Translations under genes and position numbers: made by a program
Part shown: one piece after another, positions 26,782 through 36,364 of the stretch
How positions within the stretch are numbered: the stretch's first letter is position 1
How the letters are laid out: the number at the start of each line of letters is the position of its first letter
Origin: an uncultured Pseudobdellovibrionaceae bacterium
GTDB taxonomy: Bacteria > Bdellovibrionota > Bdellovibrionia > Bdellovibrionales > UBA1609
Direction of reading: 5' to 3'
Assembly: GCA_964636785.1 (NCBI GenBank)
Contig: CAZWVK010000001.1
Coordinates: forward strand, 4,789-68,788
Length of the DNA: 64,000 nt
The notes under the pieces: generated by a model
The model's input: the letters and a program-made list of their open reading frames with translations, nothing else
Told to the model about the DNA's origin: nothing
Databases searched by the model: none

Positions 26782-27897
26782 TCACAGCCGCAAAGGCTGA
26801 AACAGATCCTTGATGCCTTCATCCTTATATGGATTTTTCTTATCGACACCGATCCAGGTTTCAGGAGTTTCCATACACAGAAAAATCTTCCAATCTTTGG
26901 AGTGCGCACGAAACTCATTCAAGACATGATTGAACATCTCTGATCTCAACTCCGCATCGTAGCGGAGTTTGCCATCCCGACTTTTAAACATTTCGCCCTG
27001 ATTCACCAGGCTCGCCACTCCAAATCTCTCACGCATCATATGACGTTGTTCCGGCTGAAACCGAAGAGCGCCAATGGAGATCACATTTACATCACAAGGA
27101 TTAAAGCGTGACTGAATCTCGCGCACCAAACCGGAATAACTTTCCTTCCACCCTTCATGGTAAATCATTGGGTCCATATGGAATGCGATTTGAAATCCAT
27201 TATCCAGGCATTTCTTTGCAGCCTCTAGGCGCTCAATCATCGACGCTGTTAAATGCTCTTCACTTTCAATCACGTTTTGTGGATTGATAGACCAGCTCAC
27301 CACTGTATTGCCAATGGTTTTACAATCTAAAAACTGATCCACTTTTGCGCTTTTGGTTTTAAACTCAAGAGTCCAATTCGGATAATCATTAAAGAACTGA
27401 ATGAGCTTTCGTGAATGAAGTGTGAATTGATCCATGCTCAGCGAATCAACGGTTTCCCCCGTTCCAATCCGAATTTTTTTATCCATAGAAGTCTTACTGA
27501 TCTCCATCAACTCCATTAAAGCATCATCAATATTGGAATAAAGAGTGGTGACGGGTGAGTTGATAAAGCTCTGCAGATAGCAATAGGAGCAGTTCATATC
27601 GCACTGGCTTCCCCAGTTTAAAACATAATAGTTGCAGCACATGAGTCCAGGGCGCGAACCAGGGCAGCGCTTAAAAAACTGCCCCTTAAAAGGGGTGATC
27701 CATAAAAGTCTTTTACTGCGTTGAAACTCCAGAGGACTTAAAGGTCCGCGAATATGAGAAAGTGGTGGAGTCGACACAATCTCAATTTGCCGTGGAGAAA
27801 AAATCTCATAAGCCCTTCTCCCAAGCTCAGAAGAAAGGCTTTTTTCATCCACAAAGACTTGATCAAATTTTTCGCGAATCAAAAATCCCTCTCCCAT
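26782..27897 (-). CDS. radical SAM protein of the spore-photoproduct-lyase (SplB) family
   Basis: FKGQFFKRCPGS...MCCNYYVLNWGSQCDMNCSYCYLQSF: a CxxxCxxC cluster in the SPL-type context. Confidence 0.8.
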   Translation of the reverse strand: MGEGFLIREKFDQVFVDEKSLSSELGRRAYEIFSPRQIEIVSTPPLSHIRGPLSPLEFQRSKRLLWITPFKGQFFKRCPGSRPGLMCCNYYVLNWGSQCDMNCSYCYLQSFINSPVTTLYSNIDDALMELMEISKTSMDKKIRIGTGETVDSLSMDQFTLHSRKLIQFFNDYPNWTLEFKTKSAKVDQFLDCKTIGNTVVSWSINPQNVIESEEHLTASMIERLEAAKKCLDNGFQIAFHMDPMIYHEGWKESYSGLVREIQSRFNPCDVNVISIGALRFQPEQRHMMRERFGVASLVNQGEMFKSRDGKLRYDAELRSEMFNHVLNEFRAHSKDWKIFLCMETPETWIGVDKKNPYKDEGIKDLFQPLRL

Positions 27898-28685
27898 TTT
27901 TCGCAGATTTTCTTAAGTTCCTGAATCTTGAGTTCCAAATCTTTTGGATGAGTTGAAAAAAGCTCCACGTGAACTCCAGCCTGATCTCCCATTCTCTTCC
28001 ACTCGCCTTTGACCCTCAATGGCCACGGCCAGCTTCTCACTTTTTCCTTTCTCGCCTGATCTTTCATTGATGAAATCGGTGCATTCAAAGCTTTTAATTT
28101 TTCTAATATGGCTTCCGCATTTGAGTTTTCAAAAACAGATCCGAGCTCAGAAACTTTTGGGCCAAGGCTGAGATCACATAAAAGCTCTAAAATCTCACAG
28201 CCAACTGTTTTACTGGGCTGCATTTTTTGAAAGTGCTCAAGATACACTGAGATTTCCGCCAAATCCGCACGCAAGATGGGTCTTAAATCATTGAATCTTA
28301 ACTTCTTTGAAAAACACCACTCTCTAAATGACGGAGGGGTTTTGCGAAAAAGCTGAAGAAGCTTTTGTCCTTCCTCGTTCCAGCGGAAATGAAGATTCTC
28401 TTCAAGGGATCGAATTTCATTTTCTGTCGGCTTGATTTCGTGATCGAGCCATTCGCATAAAATCAAAAAGTCCAAATACTCAATGGGGGCGTGGATGGTC
28501 ATCAGCGCTTCTGCTAAAGAAGTGGTGCTTGAATCTAAAACATCAGGGCCATGATTCGGCGTGAGATCAAAGCCTTTCCAAATCATTTTCGGAAGTCGGG
28601 ACGCCCAATTTGGGTTTAATTCTAAGGGCAAAGACTTGTAAGTCTTTGAATTCTCTTTCAAACTCATATCGAGGAGACCTACCAT
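27879..28685 (-). CDS. hypothetical protein (268 aa), overlaps the SPL-like gene by 19 nt
   Basis: ORF only, no recognisable motif. The alternative start ATG 28667 (MSLKENSK) is possible. Confidence 0.5.
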   Translation of the reverse strand: MVGLLDMSLKENSKTYKSLPLELNPNWASRLPKMIWKGFDLTPNHGPDVLDSSTTSLAEALMTIHAPIEYLDFLILCEWLDHEIKPTENEIRSLEENLHFRWNEEGQKLLQLFRKTPPSFREWCFSKKLRFNDLRPILRADLAEISVYLEHFQKMQPSKTVGCEILELLCDLSLGPKVSELGSVFENSNAEAILEKLKALNAPISSMKDQARKEKVRSWPWPLRVKGEWKRMGDQAGVHVELFSTHPKDLELKIQELKKICEKWERDF

Positions 28686-29765
28686 ATGGCCGAGTGGAGA
28701 TCTAGGGCAGAAATTACAGCTGACGTCGTGCTGTTTCGTTATGTCTCAGATCCCATGGAGCAACAAGTGGATGAGGTCTTTGTCTGGGATCTGGATAAAA
28801 CCTATCTGGACACGACATTTGAGAGTTTGTCTGGCTTATGGCGAACCGCTGTGGAAAAAGCCTTTCAGAAGAAAAATGTTCCTGGAACAGCCTCACTCGT
28901 TCGCGCCTTACGAAACCACTGGCAGGAGAAAAAACGCGATAAACGCGATTTTCCAATTTATTTTATTACGGCTTCGCCTCCACAACTGGAAAAGCGGATT
29001 CACGAAAAGCTTAATTTTGATGGACTTTACCCTTATGGAATTTTCTTCAAAGACAATCTTCGAAACTTAAGATTTTCGAGGTGGCGTAGACTGACTCAGC
29101 AGGTGGGCTATAAAATTCAAGCCCTCATTCAACTTCGACTTCATTTAAAGGAAGATGTGCGCCAGGTTTTGTGGGGGGATGACTCGGAGTCCGATGAGGT
29201 CATTTACTCGCTTTATTCCGATCTGTGTGCACGGCGCCTCGAGGAAAAAGATGCCAGAGAGCTTCTCAATGAGCTCAATGTGACCGGCACTCAGGTGGAT
29301 GTAATTTTTAAACTGCTGGAAGCGATTCCCGTTCATGATCCCGTTGAGAAGGTCTATATCAATTTAGCTACAGACACGGATCCAGAATACTATTTGAAAT
29401 TCGGTCGTCGAGTGGTGGCGACACACAATTCTTTTCAAATTGCTGTTGATTTGTTTCAAGATCATCGCCTCAGTCAGGTTCAGGTGATCCAAGTGGCAAG
29501 AGATTTGATTCAAAATTATGAATTTACATCGGATGAGATTGAGCAGTCATTAGATGATCTGAGTCGAAGAAAAATTCTTTCCGCGCAAACAGCCGAAGTT
29601 TTAATTCCGCTCTTGAAGGAAAGTGATGTTATCACGCAGAATTTTGAATTCTCAATTGCTCCAGCAAAAACGCTATCTGAAGTGGAAGGTCGGGTTTATG
29701 AGCTCGAAGGTGTGAATGAGCCCTGGGTCCCTTCATTTATCTCCTACTTGCATGAAGATCGCTAA
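28686..29765 (+). CDS. HAD-like phosphatase, App1/DUF2183-like
   Basis: DxDxT motif VWDLDKTYLDT. ITASPPQL. Late acidic motif WGDDSESDEVIY as in App1-type phosphatidate phosphatases. Start uncertain (ATG 28755 is the alternative). Confidence 0.6.
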   Translation: MAEWRSRAEITADVVLFRYVSDPMEQQVDEVFVWDLDKTYLDTTFESLSGLWRTAVEKAFQKKNVPGTASLVRALRNHWQEKKRDKRDFPIYFITASPPQLEKRIHEKLNFDGLYPYGIFFKDNLRNLRFSRWRRLTQQVGYKIQALIQLRLHLKEDVRQVLWGDDSESDEVIYSLYSDLCARRLEEKDARELLNELNVTGTQVDVIFKLLEAIPVHDPVEKVYINLATDTDPEYYLKFGRRVVATHNSFQIAVDLFQDHRLSQVQVIQVARDLIQNYEFTSDEIEQSLDDLSRRKILSAQTAEVLIPLLKESDVITQNFEFSIAPAKTLSEVEGRVYELEGVNEPWVPSFISYLHEDR

Positions 29766-29771
29766 GTGAGT

Positions 29772-30272
29772 TTAAAACTCAAATTCCAGTGGAAGTTGAA
29801 CTTCAATGGGATCACCACGGAACTCTCTAAAGACGAATCGATGCAAAGTGGAATTCAAACACTGTAGCATCAGTGTATCATCAATGGTTGAGTTCATCAG
29901 TTGGCTCTCAATCACTCGTCCTCGAGGTGAGATCGTGATCCTAAAGGCTGCTTTGCCTTGGAGCTTTGGACTATCTTTTAAACGCTGTACCCAGCAATTT
30001 TGAAACTGACGCTGATGATTTAAAAAGACATCCTCAATTTCTTGATTGGTGAGAGGGCCCTGATGACTCGAGGTCTCACTTGGTTTTTTCTCTTCGGGCT
30101 CTTGACTGAGTGGTGCGACTTTTGACTTCACGAAAGTCAAAGGCCGAACTTCAAAAGTAGCGCTCTGGCGCCCAAGAGGTTCATTTTCAATTCGATTTTT
30201 TGGTGAAAAAAGCCACCAGCTGAAGATTAAAATCCCACTGCAGATGGCGAGTCCGACCCACTTCAGTTTCAC
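29772..30272 (-). CDS. AgmX/PglI C-terminal domain (TonB_C-like) membrane-anchored protein
   Basis: N-terminal TM WVGLAICSGILIFSWWLF, Pro/Glu linker, and a C-terminal domain with the family's two Cys (FQNCWVQRL...GKAAFRITISPRGRV...LMLQCLNSTL...F). Confidence 0.6.
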   Translation of the reverse strand: MKLKWVGLAICSGILIFSWWLFSPKNRIENEPLGRQSATFEVRPLTFVKSKVAPLSQEPEEKKPSETSSHQGPLTNQEIEDVFLNHQRQFQNCWVQRLKDSPKLQGKAAFRITISPRGRVIESQLMNSTIDDTLMLQCLNSTLHRFVFREFRGDPIEVQLPLEFEF

Positions 30273-30646
30273 TGAGCTGGAACTTCCTCAGGCTGAGGAA
30301 CAATCGGAGTGGGCTCAACTGGAACTTCCTCAGGAGCTTCACGGATCGGGCCAATGTTTTCCGGCTCGTCACTGAAATCTCCTGTATCAAGAACACTGCC
30401 ACCGCGCTGTTGATTGGTTGTGGACACACAAGTGAGAGCTAAACAAGAAACAGCAAAGAAGATCGCAAACCATTTTGTGGTGGCTGTGAGGAAATTTCCG
30501 GCACCCGTTGAGCCGAACAGAGTGTTCGATCCACCGCCGCCACCAAACATTCCACCTGCTCCACCCCCTTTAGGGTCCTGAAGAAGCACAAAAATGCAAA
30601 GTCCAATACCAATAATGACATGTAAAATAGCCAGCAACGTGAGCAT
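30269..30646 (-). CDS. secG: preprotein translocase subunit SecG with a Pro/Glu-rich C-terminal extension
   Basis: MLTLLAILHVIIGIGLCIFVLLQDPKGGG...LFGSTGAGNFLTATTKWFAIFFAVSCLAL, then an extension of about 50 aa (…PEEVPVEPTPIVPQPEEVPAQ). Confidence 0.8.
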   Translation of the reverse strand: MLTLLAILHVIIGIGLCIFVLLQDPKGGGAGGMFGGGGGSNTLFGSTGAGNFLTATTKWFAIFFAVSCLALTCVSTTNQQRGGSVLDTGDFSDEPENIGPIREAPEEVPVEPTPIVPQPEEVPAQ

Positions 30647-30700
30647 GAAAAAATTCCTCCGGCAAAGACTTAAAGGCTTAAAAGAAATGGGGCGTAAAGT

Positions 30701-31717
30701 CTACCGCTTTTTATGGGCTGCAGCTTGAAATTGGATAACTTGGTTGGATCGAGGAGTGAGCCAGAAATCCCCCTGGGCAAGGTGGCGTCCCTGACCAATG
30801 AGGAGCGAAGTGACGTGAGCGACAATCTCGGCAAATCGGACCTCGTTGTCAGCGAGCTGGGTCTTCGTTTCCGGGAGACGAACGGAAAGCACACCAAATG
30901 GCCGTCCTTGCCTCTGGATTGGGCAGACAATGAGAGAGTTGAAGCGCAAGTCTTTGAGCCGAGATAAGACATTGCGAAATTGAGGATCCATTTTTAGATT
31001 TTCAAGCGCGACGATCTGTCCAAAGTTCATAACTTGAGTGATTTCGGGGTATTTGTTCAAGTCGAGCTCGATTCCCGTTGCACCTTTATCATCGTTGGAC
31101 GCAACGACGATTCCTTTGGAGGCGTCCACCACGTGAACGATGCTGCATCGAACGCCATCCATTCTAAGGGCAGCCATTGCTGTAAGATTGAATAAGACAT
31201 CCTGAAGTGGCGCTTTAACAAGGGCTTGCTTTAAAACCAGATCCGTAAGGTGAAGAACCAGAGCATCATCTTCTAAAGCAACCACCTCACGTTCGGTCGG
31301 CCGCTCCAAATTCTTCTGACCACGTAAGTGATAGATCAAACGCTGATAAACCTCATCCGATTTAAAAGGTTTGACCATGTAATCTCTTGCGCCAGCTCGA
31401 ACCGCAGCATGGACGTTTCGCGCAGAATTGTGCCCAGAAAGGACAATGGTTTGAACCGGATGATGGCGAAAGGCGCTGTCTGTTTTTAAGAATTGAATCA
31501 GCTCGAGTCCATTGAGATCCGGAAGCATCAAGTCCACAAGTAAAAATTTAGGTTTCCAATCCAAGAGCTTGGATTTTGCCAATTTGCCCGTGCTGGCGAC
31601 TTGCGCATCAAAGCCACGATCACATAGATCGGACGCCAAACGAAGCGCCAATTGACCGTCGTCATCGGCAATCAAGACTTTCAAAGCTTCGGTTTGCTGT
31701 TTCATAGAATCCACCAC
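30701..31717 (-). CDS. response regulator with a C-terminal GAF domain
   Basis: REC: LKVLIADDDGQLA, FLLVDLMLPDLNG, VLSGH...K. The C-terminal ~160 aa is GAF-like (…VRCSIVHVVD...GRPFGVLSV). Confidence 0.8.
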   Translation of the reverse strand: MVDSMKQQTEALKVLIADDDGQLALRLASDLCDRGFDAQVASTGKLAKSKLLDWKPKFLLVDLMLPDLNGLELIQFLKTDSAFRHHPVQTIVLSGHNSARNVHAAVRAGARDYMVKPFKSDEVYQRLIYHLRGQKNLERPTEREVVALEDDALVLHLTDLVLKQALVKAPLQDVLFNLTAMAALRMDGVRCSIVHVVDASKGIVVASNDDKGATGIELDLNKYPEITQVMNFGQIVALENLKMDPQFRNVLSRLKDLRFNSLIVCPIQRQGRPFGVLSVRLPETKTQLADNEVRFAEIVAHVTSLLIGQGRHLAQGDFWLTPRSNQVIQFQAAAHKKR

Positions 31718-31779
31718 AACTCTTCGGACAGAGGCGGCGCATTAGTGACACTCTCATCAATTTATTAGACAAAGGTCCA

Positions 31780-32409
31780 ATGCCATTTATCGTTTTTGAA
31801 GGTCTTGATGGATCTGGAAAGAGCACACTAATTCAAGGTATGAAAGCGGAGCTCGAGTCCATGGGGCATGAAGTCGTGGTGACACGTGAGCCCGGTGGGA
31901 CGGAGCTGGGTGAAATCCTAAGAGATCTTGTGACTTCCACAAAATTCCAAAGTCCGACCCCTAAAGCTGAAGCTTTACTTTATCAGGCGATTCGCGCTCA
32001 ACATGTGGATTTGGTGATTCGTCCGGCACTTGAACAGAAGAAGTGGGTGCTTTGTGATCGGTTTCGCGCTAGCTCCATCGCATTTCAAGGTGGCGCAAGG
32101 GGACTAAAGCGCGAAGAGATCGAATGGCTGAATGATTTTTCGACGTCCAAACTTAAAGAAGACCTGACTATTCTGCTGGATCTGAGTGTCGAGGAGTCGT
32201 TGAAGCGCCTCCATAGACGTTATGAAAATTCCGGTGACACTTTGGATCGCTTTGAGCAGGAAAAGCAGGACTTTCATGAGCGGGTGCGCTCAAGTTATTT
32301 GGAGCAGGCCAAATCAGGCCATTGGCTGGTCTTAAACAGTGCAGAGCCCCCATTGAAGCTGAAGGAACTGGCGCTAAAGAGTTTGCGAGAGCAGAAATGG
32401 CTCGACTGA
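31780..32409 (+). CDS. tmk: thymidylate kinase
   Basis: FIVFEGLDGSGKST P-loop and DRF motif (CDRFRASS). Confidence 0.93.
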   Translation: MPFIVFEGLDGSGKSTLIQGMKAELESMGHEVVVTREPGGTELGEILRDLVTSTKFQSPTPKAEALLYQAIRAQHVDLVIRPALEQKKWVLCDRFRASSIAFQGGARGLKREEIEWLNDFSTSKLKEDLTILLDLSVEESLKRLHRRYENSGDTLDRFEQEKQDFHERVRSSYLEQAKSGHWLVLNSAEPPLKLKELALKSLREQKWLD

Positions 32410-33290
32410 TTGATGAGGTCGTGGGGCATAAAGCGACTTTGGAGCGACTGGTCCAGTTGGCCAGACGAAAAAAGCTCCCAACCGCAATGGCATTTGTTGG
32501 GCCTGAAGGAATTGGAAAATCATTTGCTGCTAAAGCTTTTGCGGATGAGCTGAACTGTAAACCTGAAAATGGCTCCCTGTTGACTCTCGAACCCTCAGGT
32601 GAATGGATTAAGGTGGATCAGGTTCATGAGGTTTTAAAGAACCTTTCACTGCGCGCTCTTTTTGATTTTCGCATCGTTTTGATTGAGCAAGCCGAGCGAT
32701 TGAATCCTCAAAGCTCCAATGCGCTTTTGAAGATTCTCGAGGAACCGCCAGAGAATACACACTTTATTCTCATCACATCCAGTTTATCGCGACTTTTGCC
32801 CACGATTCGCTCTCGTGTACAAAGCTTTCGCTTCTTTCCGCTTGAGAAAAGCGATCTTAAAAAAATTAATCCGGACGTTAGTGATTGGGCGCTCAATTTA
32901 TCACGCGGGCAGATGGGTGAGCTGGAAGAGTGGGACAGCGAAGAGTCGCAGGGATTTCTTGAGAGTGTAGAGTCCATTTTACATGCCCTTGGTTCAAAAG
33001 ATCTTGAAGTTTGGCAGAGCAGCTATAGCGATCTGAAGGATCGCAGCAAAGCTCTTCGTTTTGCCAAGATCTTACAGCTTTTCTTTCGTGATTTGAGTCT
33101 AAACTCACAGACGGAAGAGATGGCGCTTCCATTCTCTGAGCGTTTGAAATCCAGCTTCAGAATGTCTGAATTTGAAATTGCTGAAGCCTGGCGGATGGCT
33201 TTTGAACTGGAGCTTGGGATTCAGCAAAACGCGGATCGAAGTTTGATTTTTCAAAACTATTTTTACCAAGTTCATGGTGAAATAGGATAA
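32397..33290 (+). CDS. holB: DNA polymerase III delta-prime subunit
   Basis: AMAFVGPEGIGKSFAA P-loop-like motif, SSNALLKILEEPP, SRLLPTIRSR. ATG 32397 overlaps the tmk end by 13 nt; the ORF-track start at 32322 is too long. Confidence 0.85.
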   Translation: MARLIDEVVGHKATLERLVQLARRKKLPTAMAFVGPEGIGKSFAAKAFADELNCKPENGSLLTLEPSGEWIKVDQVHEVLKNLSLRALFDFRIVLIEQAERLNPQSSNALLKILEEPPENTHFILITSSLSRLLPTIRSRVQSFRFFPLEKSDLKKINPDVSDWALNLSRGQMGELEEWDSEESQGFLESVESILHALGSKDLEVWQSSYSDLKDRSKALRFAKILQLFFRDLSLNSQTEEMALPFSERLKSSFRMSEFEIAEAWRMAFELELGIQQNADRSLIFQNYFYQVHGEIG

Positions 33291-33301
33291 ACTCAGTGGC
33301 G

Positions 33302-34081
33302 ATGGAAAAATTCTTCGATGTTCATACTCATGTCAATATGGTCAAACTTCCTGCGGAAGATGTGATTTCTGCGGCGAAAAGTGCTGGCGTAGAAAAGATC
33401 ATCAATATTGGCACCGGGCCAGATGATTTTGATGTGGTTTTGAATCTCGCAGAGAAATTTTACCCATTTTTGGTCTGCACGCTTGGAGTTCATCCTCATG
33501 ATGGCAAAGTCTGGGATCCGAGTGTGCTTGATTTTATCAAGAACGAAGCTGCTCGGAATAAGAAAGTGGTGGCGATAGGGGAAATCGGTCTTGATTACTA
33601 TTACAATAATTCCTCTAAAGAGGATCAGCTCAAGGCGTTTCATGAGCAAATGGAACTTGCAAAGGAGCTTCAGCTCCCGGTTGAAATTCACACTCGGGAC
33701 GCAGAAGCGGATACGATCGAGATTTTAGAGAAGTTTAAGGGAAAAGTGAGAGGACTATTGCATTGTTTTACAGGGAGTTATGAGCTTGCACGGGCGGGTC
33801 TCGATGCTGGCTTTGATATTTCCATTAGTGGTGTCGTGACTTTCAAAAAGGCGGATGATTTACGAAACACGGTTGGTAAAATTCCATTGGATCGTATTCA
33901 TGTTGAAACGGATGCGCCGTTTTTGGCCCCGATGCCCCACCGTGGAAAAGAAAATCAACCGGCATTTGTGCGTTTTACAGCCGAAAAAGTCGCGGAACTT
34001 CATTCCGTCTCTTTAAGCACTCTTGCAGCAAAAACCCGAAGCAATGCTCTTGACCTCTTTCCCCGATTGAACCTAAGTTAA
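33302..34081 (+). CDS. tatD: TatD-family metal-dependent hydrolase
   Basis: FFDVHTHV, IGEIGLDYYY, PVEIHTRDA, LHCFTG, ETDAPFLAP. GTG 33296 is the alternative start. Confidence 0.9.
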   Translation: MEKFFDVHTHVNMVKLPAEDVISAAKSAGVEKIINIGTGPDDFDVVLNLAEKFYPFLVCTLGVHPHDGKVWDPSVLDFIKNEAARNKKVVAIGEIGLDYYYNNSSKEDQLKAFHEQMELAKELQLPVEIHTRDAEADTIEILEKFKGKVRGLLHCFTGSYELARAGLDAGFDISISGVVTFKKADDLRNTVGKIPLDRIHVETDAPFLAPMPHRGKENQPAFVRFTAEKVAELHSVSLSTLAAKTRSNALDLFPRLNLS

Positions 34082-34118
34082 TGCGCAAAAGTGCGCGCAC
34101 TCAGTAAGGAGAATCAAC

Positions 34119-35123
34119 GTGGCAAAAGTAAGAGTCGGTATTAATGGTTTTGGCCGTATCGGTCGATTGGCATTTCGTGCGGGTTTTGATGAAGTTGAAA
34201 TTGTTGGGATTAACAATCTTGCCGATCCGAAGTTATCTGCTCATTTACTGAAGTACGATTCCACTCATGGAATTTATCCGAAAACGGTTGAAGGCGATGA
34301 AAATTCAATAACTGTTAATGGACAAAAGATCTTAATGTCAGCAACTCGAAATCCGGCTGAAATTCCCTGGGGAGATTGGGGAGTGGATGTTGTTCTAGAG
34401 TGCACCGGTGCCTTTAAGACCAAAGAAGACTTCGAAAAACATTTGAAGGCGGGTGCGAAAAAAGTTTTGGTCAGTGCACCAGCCTCTGAGGCCGATGTGA
34501 CCGTGGTTTACGGAATCAATCATGAATCTTATAATCCTTCTGAACATCGCGTAGTCAGTAATGCTTCTTGTACAACAAACTGTTTAGCGCCAGTCGCATG
34601 GGTTCTTAATGAACAGTTTGGCATTGAGCGTGGAATGGTTACCACAATTCACTCTTTCACAAATGATCAGATGATATTGGACAATAACCATAGAGATTTC
34701 CGTCGCGCCCGTACCGCAACGACTTCCATGATACCCACAACCACTGGTGCCGCAAAAGCGGTAGGCCTTGTGCTTCCTGAGTTGAAGGGCAAGTTCGATG
34801 GAGTCTCTGTTCGAGTTCCAACCCAGAATGTGAGTCTTGTGGATTTGGTTTTTGAATCGAAAAAGCCAATCACAAAAGAATCTATAAACCAAGCCTTTGA
34901 AGATGCAGCGAATGGTCGGCTAAAAGGTGTTTTGGGTGTTGAAGAAAAGCCGCTTGTGAGTGTGGACTACAATGGCAATCCACTCAGTTCGATCGTTGAC
35001 CTTCAAAGCACAATGATTGTTGGTGAGAATTTTGGAAAAGTCTTTTCTTGGTATGACAATGAAATGGGCTTTTCTTGTCGTATGATCGATATGGCTAAAT
35101 ACATTGCAAGCCGAGGTTTGTAA
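34119..35123 (+). CDS. gap: glyceraldehyde-3-phosphate dehydrogenase
   Basis: INGFGRIGR and active site SNASCTTNCLAP. GTG start with AAGGAG upstream. Confidence 0.95.
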   Translation: MAKVRVGINGFGRIGRLAFRAGFDEVEIVGINNLADPKLSAHLLKYDSTHGIYPKTVEGDENSITVNGQKILMSATRNPAEIPWGDWGVDVVLECTGAFKTKEDFEKHLKAGAKKVLVSAPASEADVTVVYGINHESYNPSEHRVVSNASCTTNCLAPVAWVLNEQFGIERGMVTTIHSFTNDQMILDNNHRDFRRARTATTSMIPTTTGAAKAVGLVLPELKGKFDGVSVRVPTQNVSLVDLVFESKKPITKESINQAFEDAANGRLKGVLGVEEKPLVSVDYNGNPLSSIVDLQSTMIVGENFGKVFSWYDNEMGFSCRMIDMAKYIASRGL

Positions 35124-36364
35124 TGTCGACATCAGTCCTCCAAGGTATCAAGTCCATTGAGCAGTTTAAGTTGGATGATCAAAGAGTTTTTTTGCGCTTA
35201 GATCTCAATACGCCGTTGAACAAGGACGGAAGTATTGCTGATGACACAAGAATTGTGGCAGCTCTTCCAACGATCTCCTATGCTCTCGAAAAAGGAGCAA
35301 AGCTTGTCCTAGCCAGTCATTTGGGACGGCCAAAGACCGATGAGGACAAGAAGAAACTATCAATGGAAGTGATTGGAAAAGCTCTTCAGGAAAAACTGGG
35401 TGTAGAGGTTTTCATTGTCGAAGATCCAGCCAGTGACACTCCAAAAGCTCTTCTTGCAGGGTTGAAAGCAAAACAAGTTATTCTTTTGGAAAACCTGCGA
35501 TTCAATCCAGGAGAGGAAAAGAATTCTCGTGAATTCGCTCACTGTATCGCTGAATACACAGACATTTATATCAATGATGCCTTCGGAGCTTCGCATAGAG
35601 AGCATGCAAGCATTCATGCTTTAGCTGGTTTGATTGAAAAAAAGGGCATCGGTCTTTTAATGAAAAAAGAGATCGAAATGCTCGAGCGGATCAAGTCAAA
35701 TCCTGAAAAGCCATTTGTTGCGATTATGGGTGGAGCAAAGGTCAGCGATAAAATCACCGTGATAGAAAAGCTGATGGACTCTGTTGATACTCTTATTGTT
35801 GGCGGAGCGATGGCGTATACTTTCCTTGCGGCTAAAGGAATTCCAATTGGATCATCGCGGGTGGAAAAGGATCGTGTCCAGTTTGCGAAAGAGGTTATGC
35901 GGCGATTCGAAACCAGAGGAAAAGACTTACTTCTTCCCGTCGATCATTTTGCTTCCTCCTCTTTTGATGACTTGTCGGATCTCGCACTAACGACAAGTGA
36001 GGCGATTCCAGAGGGAAAAATGGGGCTTGATATTGGGCCGAAGTCCATTGAGATTTTTCGTGAAAGCTTACTCAAAGCAAAAACAGTTTTTTGGAATGGT
36101 CCAATGGGTGTTTTTGAGCGCAAAGAGCTTTCACAAGGGACATTCGGTGTGGCTCAGGCTATTGCAGACAGTCCAGCAATGAGTGTGGTTGGTGGGGGAG
36201 ACTCAGCCGCCGCAGCAAATGCATCTGGGTTTGCGGATCAGTTTTCACATATCTCAACGGGTGGCGGAGCTGGTCTTGAGTTTTTAGAAGGTATTAAACT
36301 TCCCGGTCTTGAAATACTCAGACCACCAAAACGTTCCGAAGAAAGCACAGAGACTTTAACATGA
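35123..36364 (+). CDS. pgk: phosphoglycerate kinase
   Basis: RLDLNTPL, ASHLGRPK, GGGDSAAA, STGGGAGLEFLEG. TAATG overlap with gap. Confidence 0.95.
   Translation: MSTSVLQGIKSIEQFKLDDQRVFLRLDLNTPLNKDGSIADDTRIVAALPTISYALEKGAKLVLASHLGRPKTDEDKKKLSMEVIGKALQEKLGVEVFIVEDPASDTPKALLAGLKAKQVILLENLRFNPGEEKNSREFAHCIAEYTDIYINDAFGASHREHASIHALAGLIEKKGIGLLMKKEIEMLERIKSNPEKPFVAIMGGAKVSDKITVIEKLMDSVDTLIVGGAMAYTFLAAKGIPIGSSRVEKDRVQFAKEVMRRFETRGKDLLLPVDHFASSSFDDLSDLALTTSEAIPEGKMGLDIGPKSIEIFRESLLKAKTVFWNGPMGVFERKELSQGTFGVAQAIADSPAMSVVGGGDSAAAANASGFADQFSHISTGGGAGLEFLEGIKLPGLEILRPPKRSEESTETLT

Noticed and set aside
29757-29780. Short palindrome tgagttt-a-aaactca between convergent genes as a bidirectional terminator
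   Set aside because: The stem is effectively 4-7 bp and AT-rich, it includes both stop codons, and there is no T-run.
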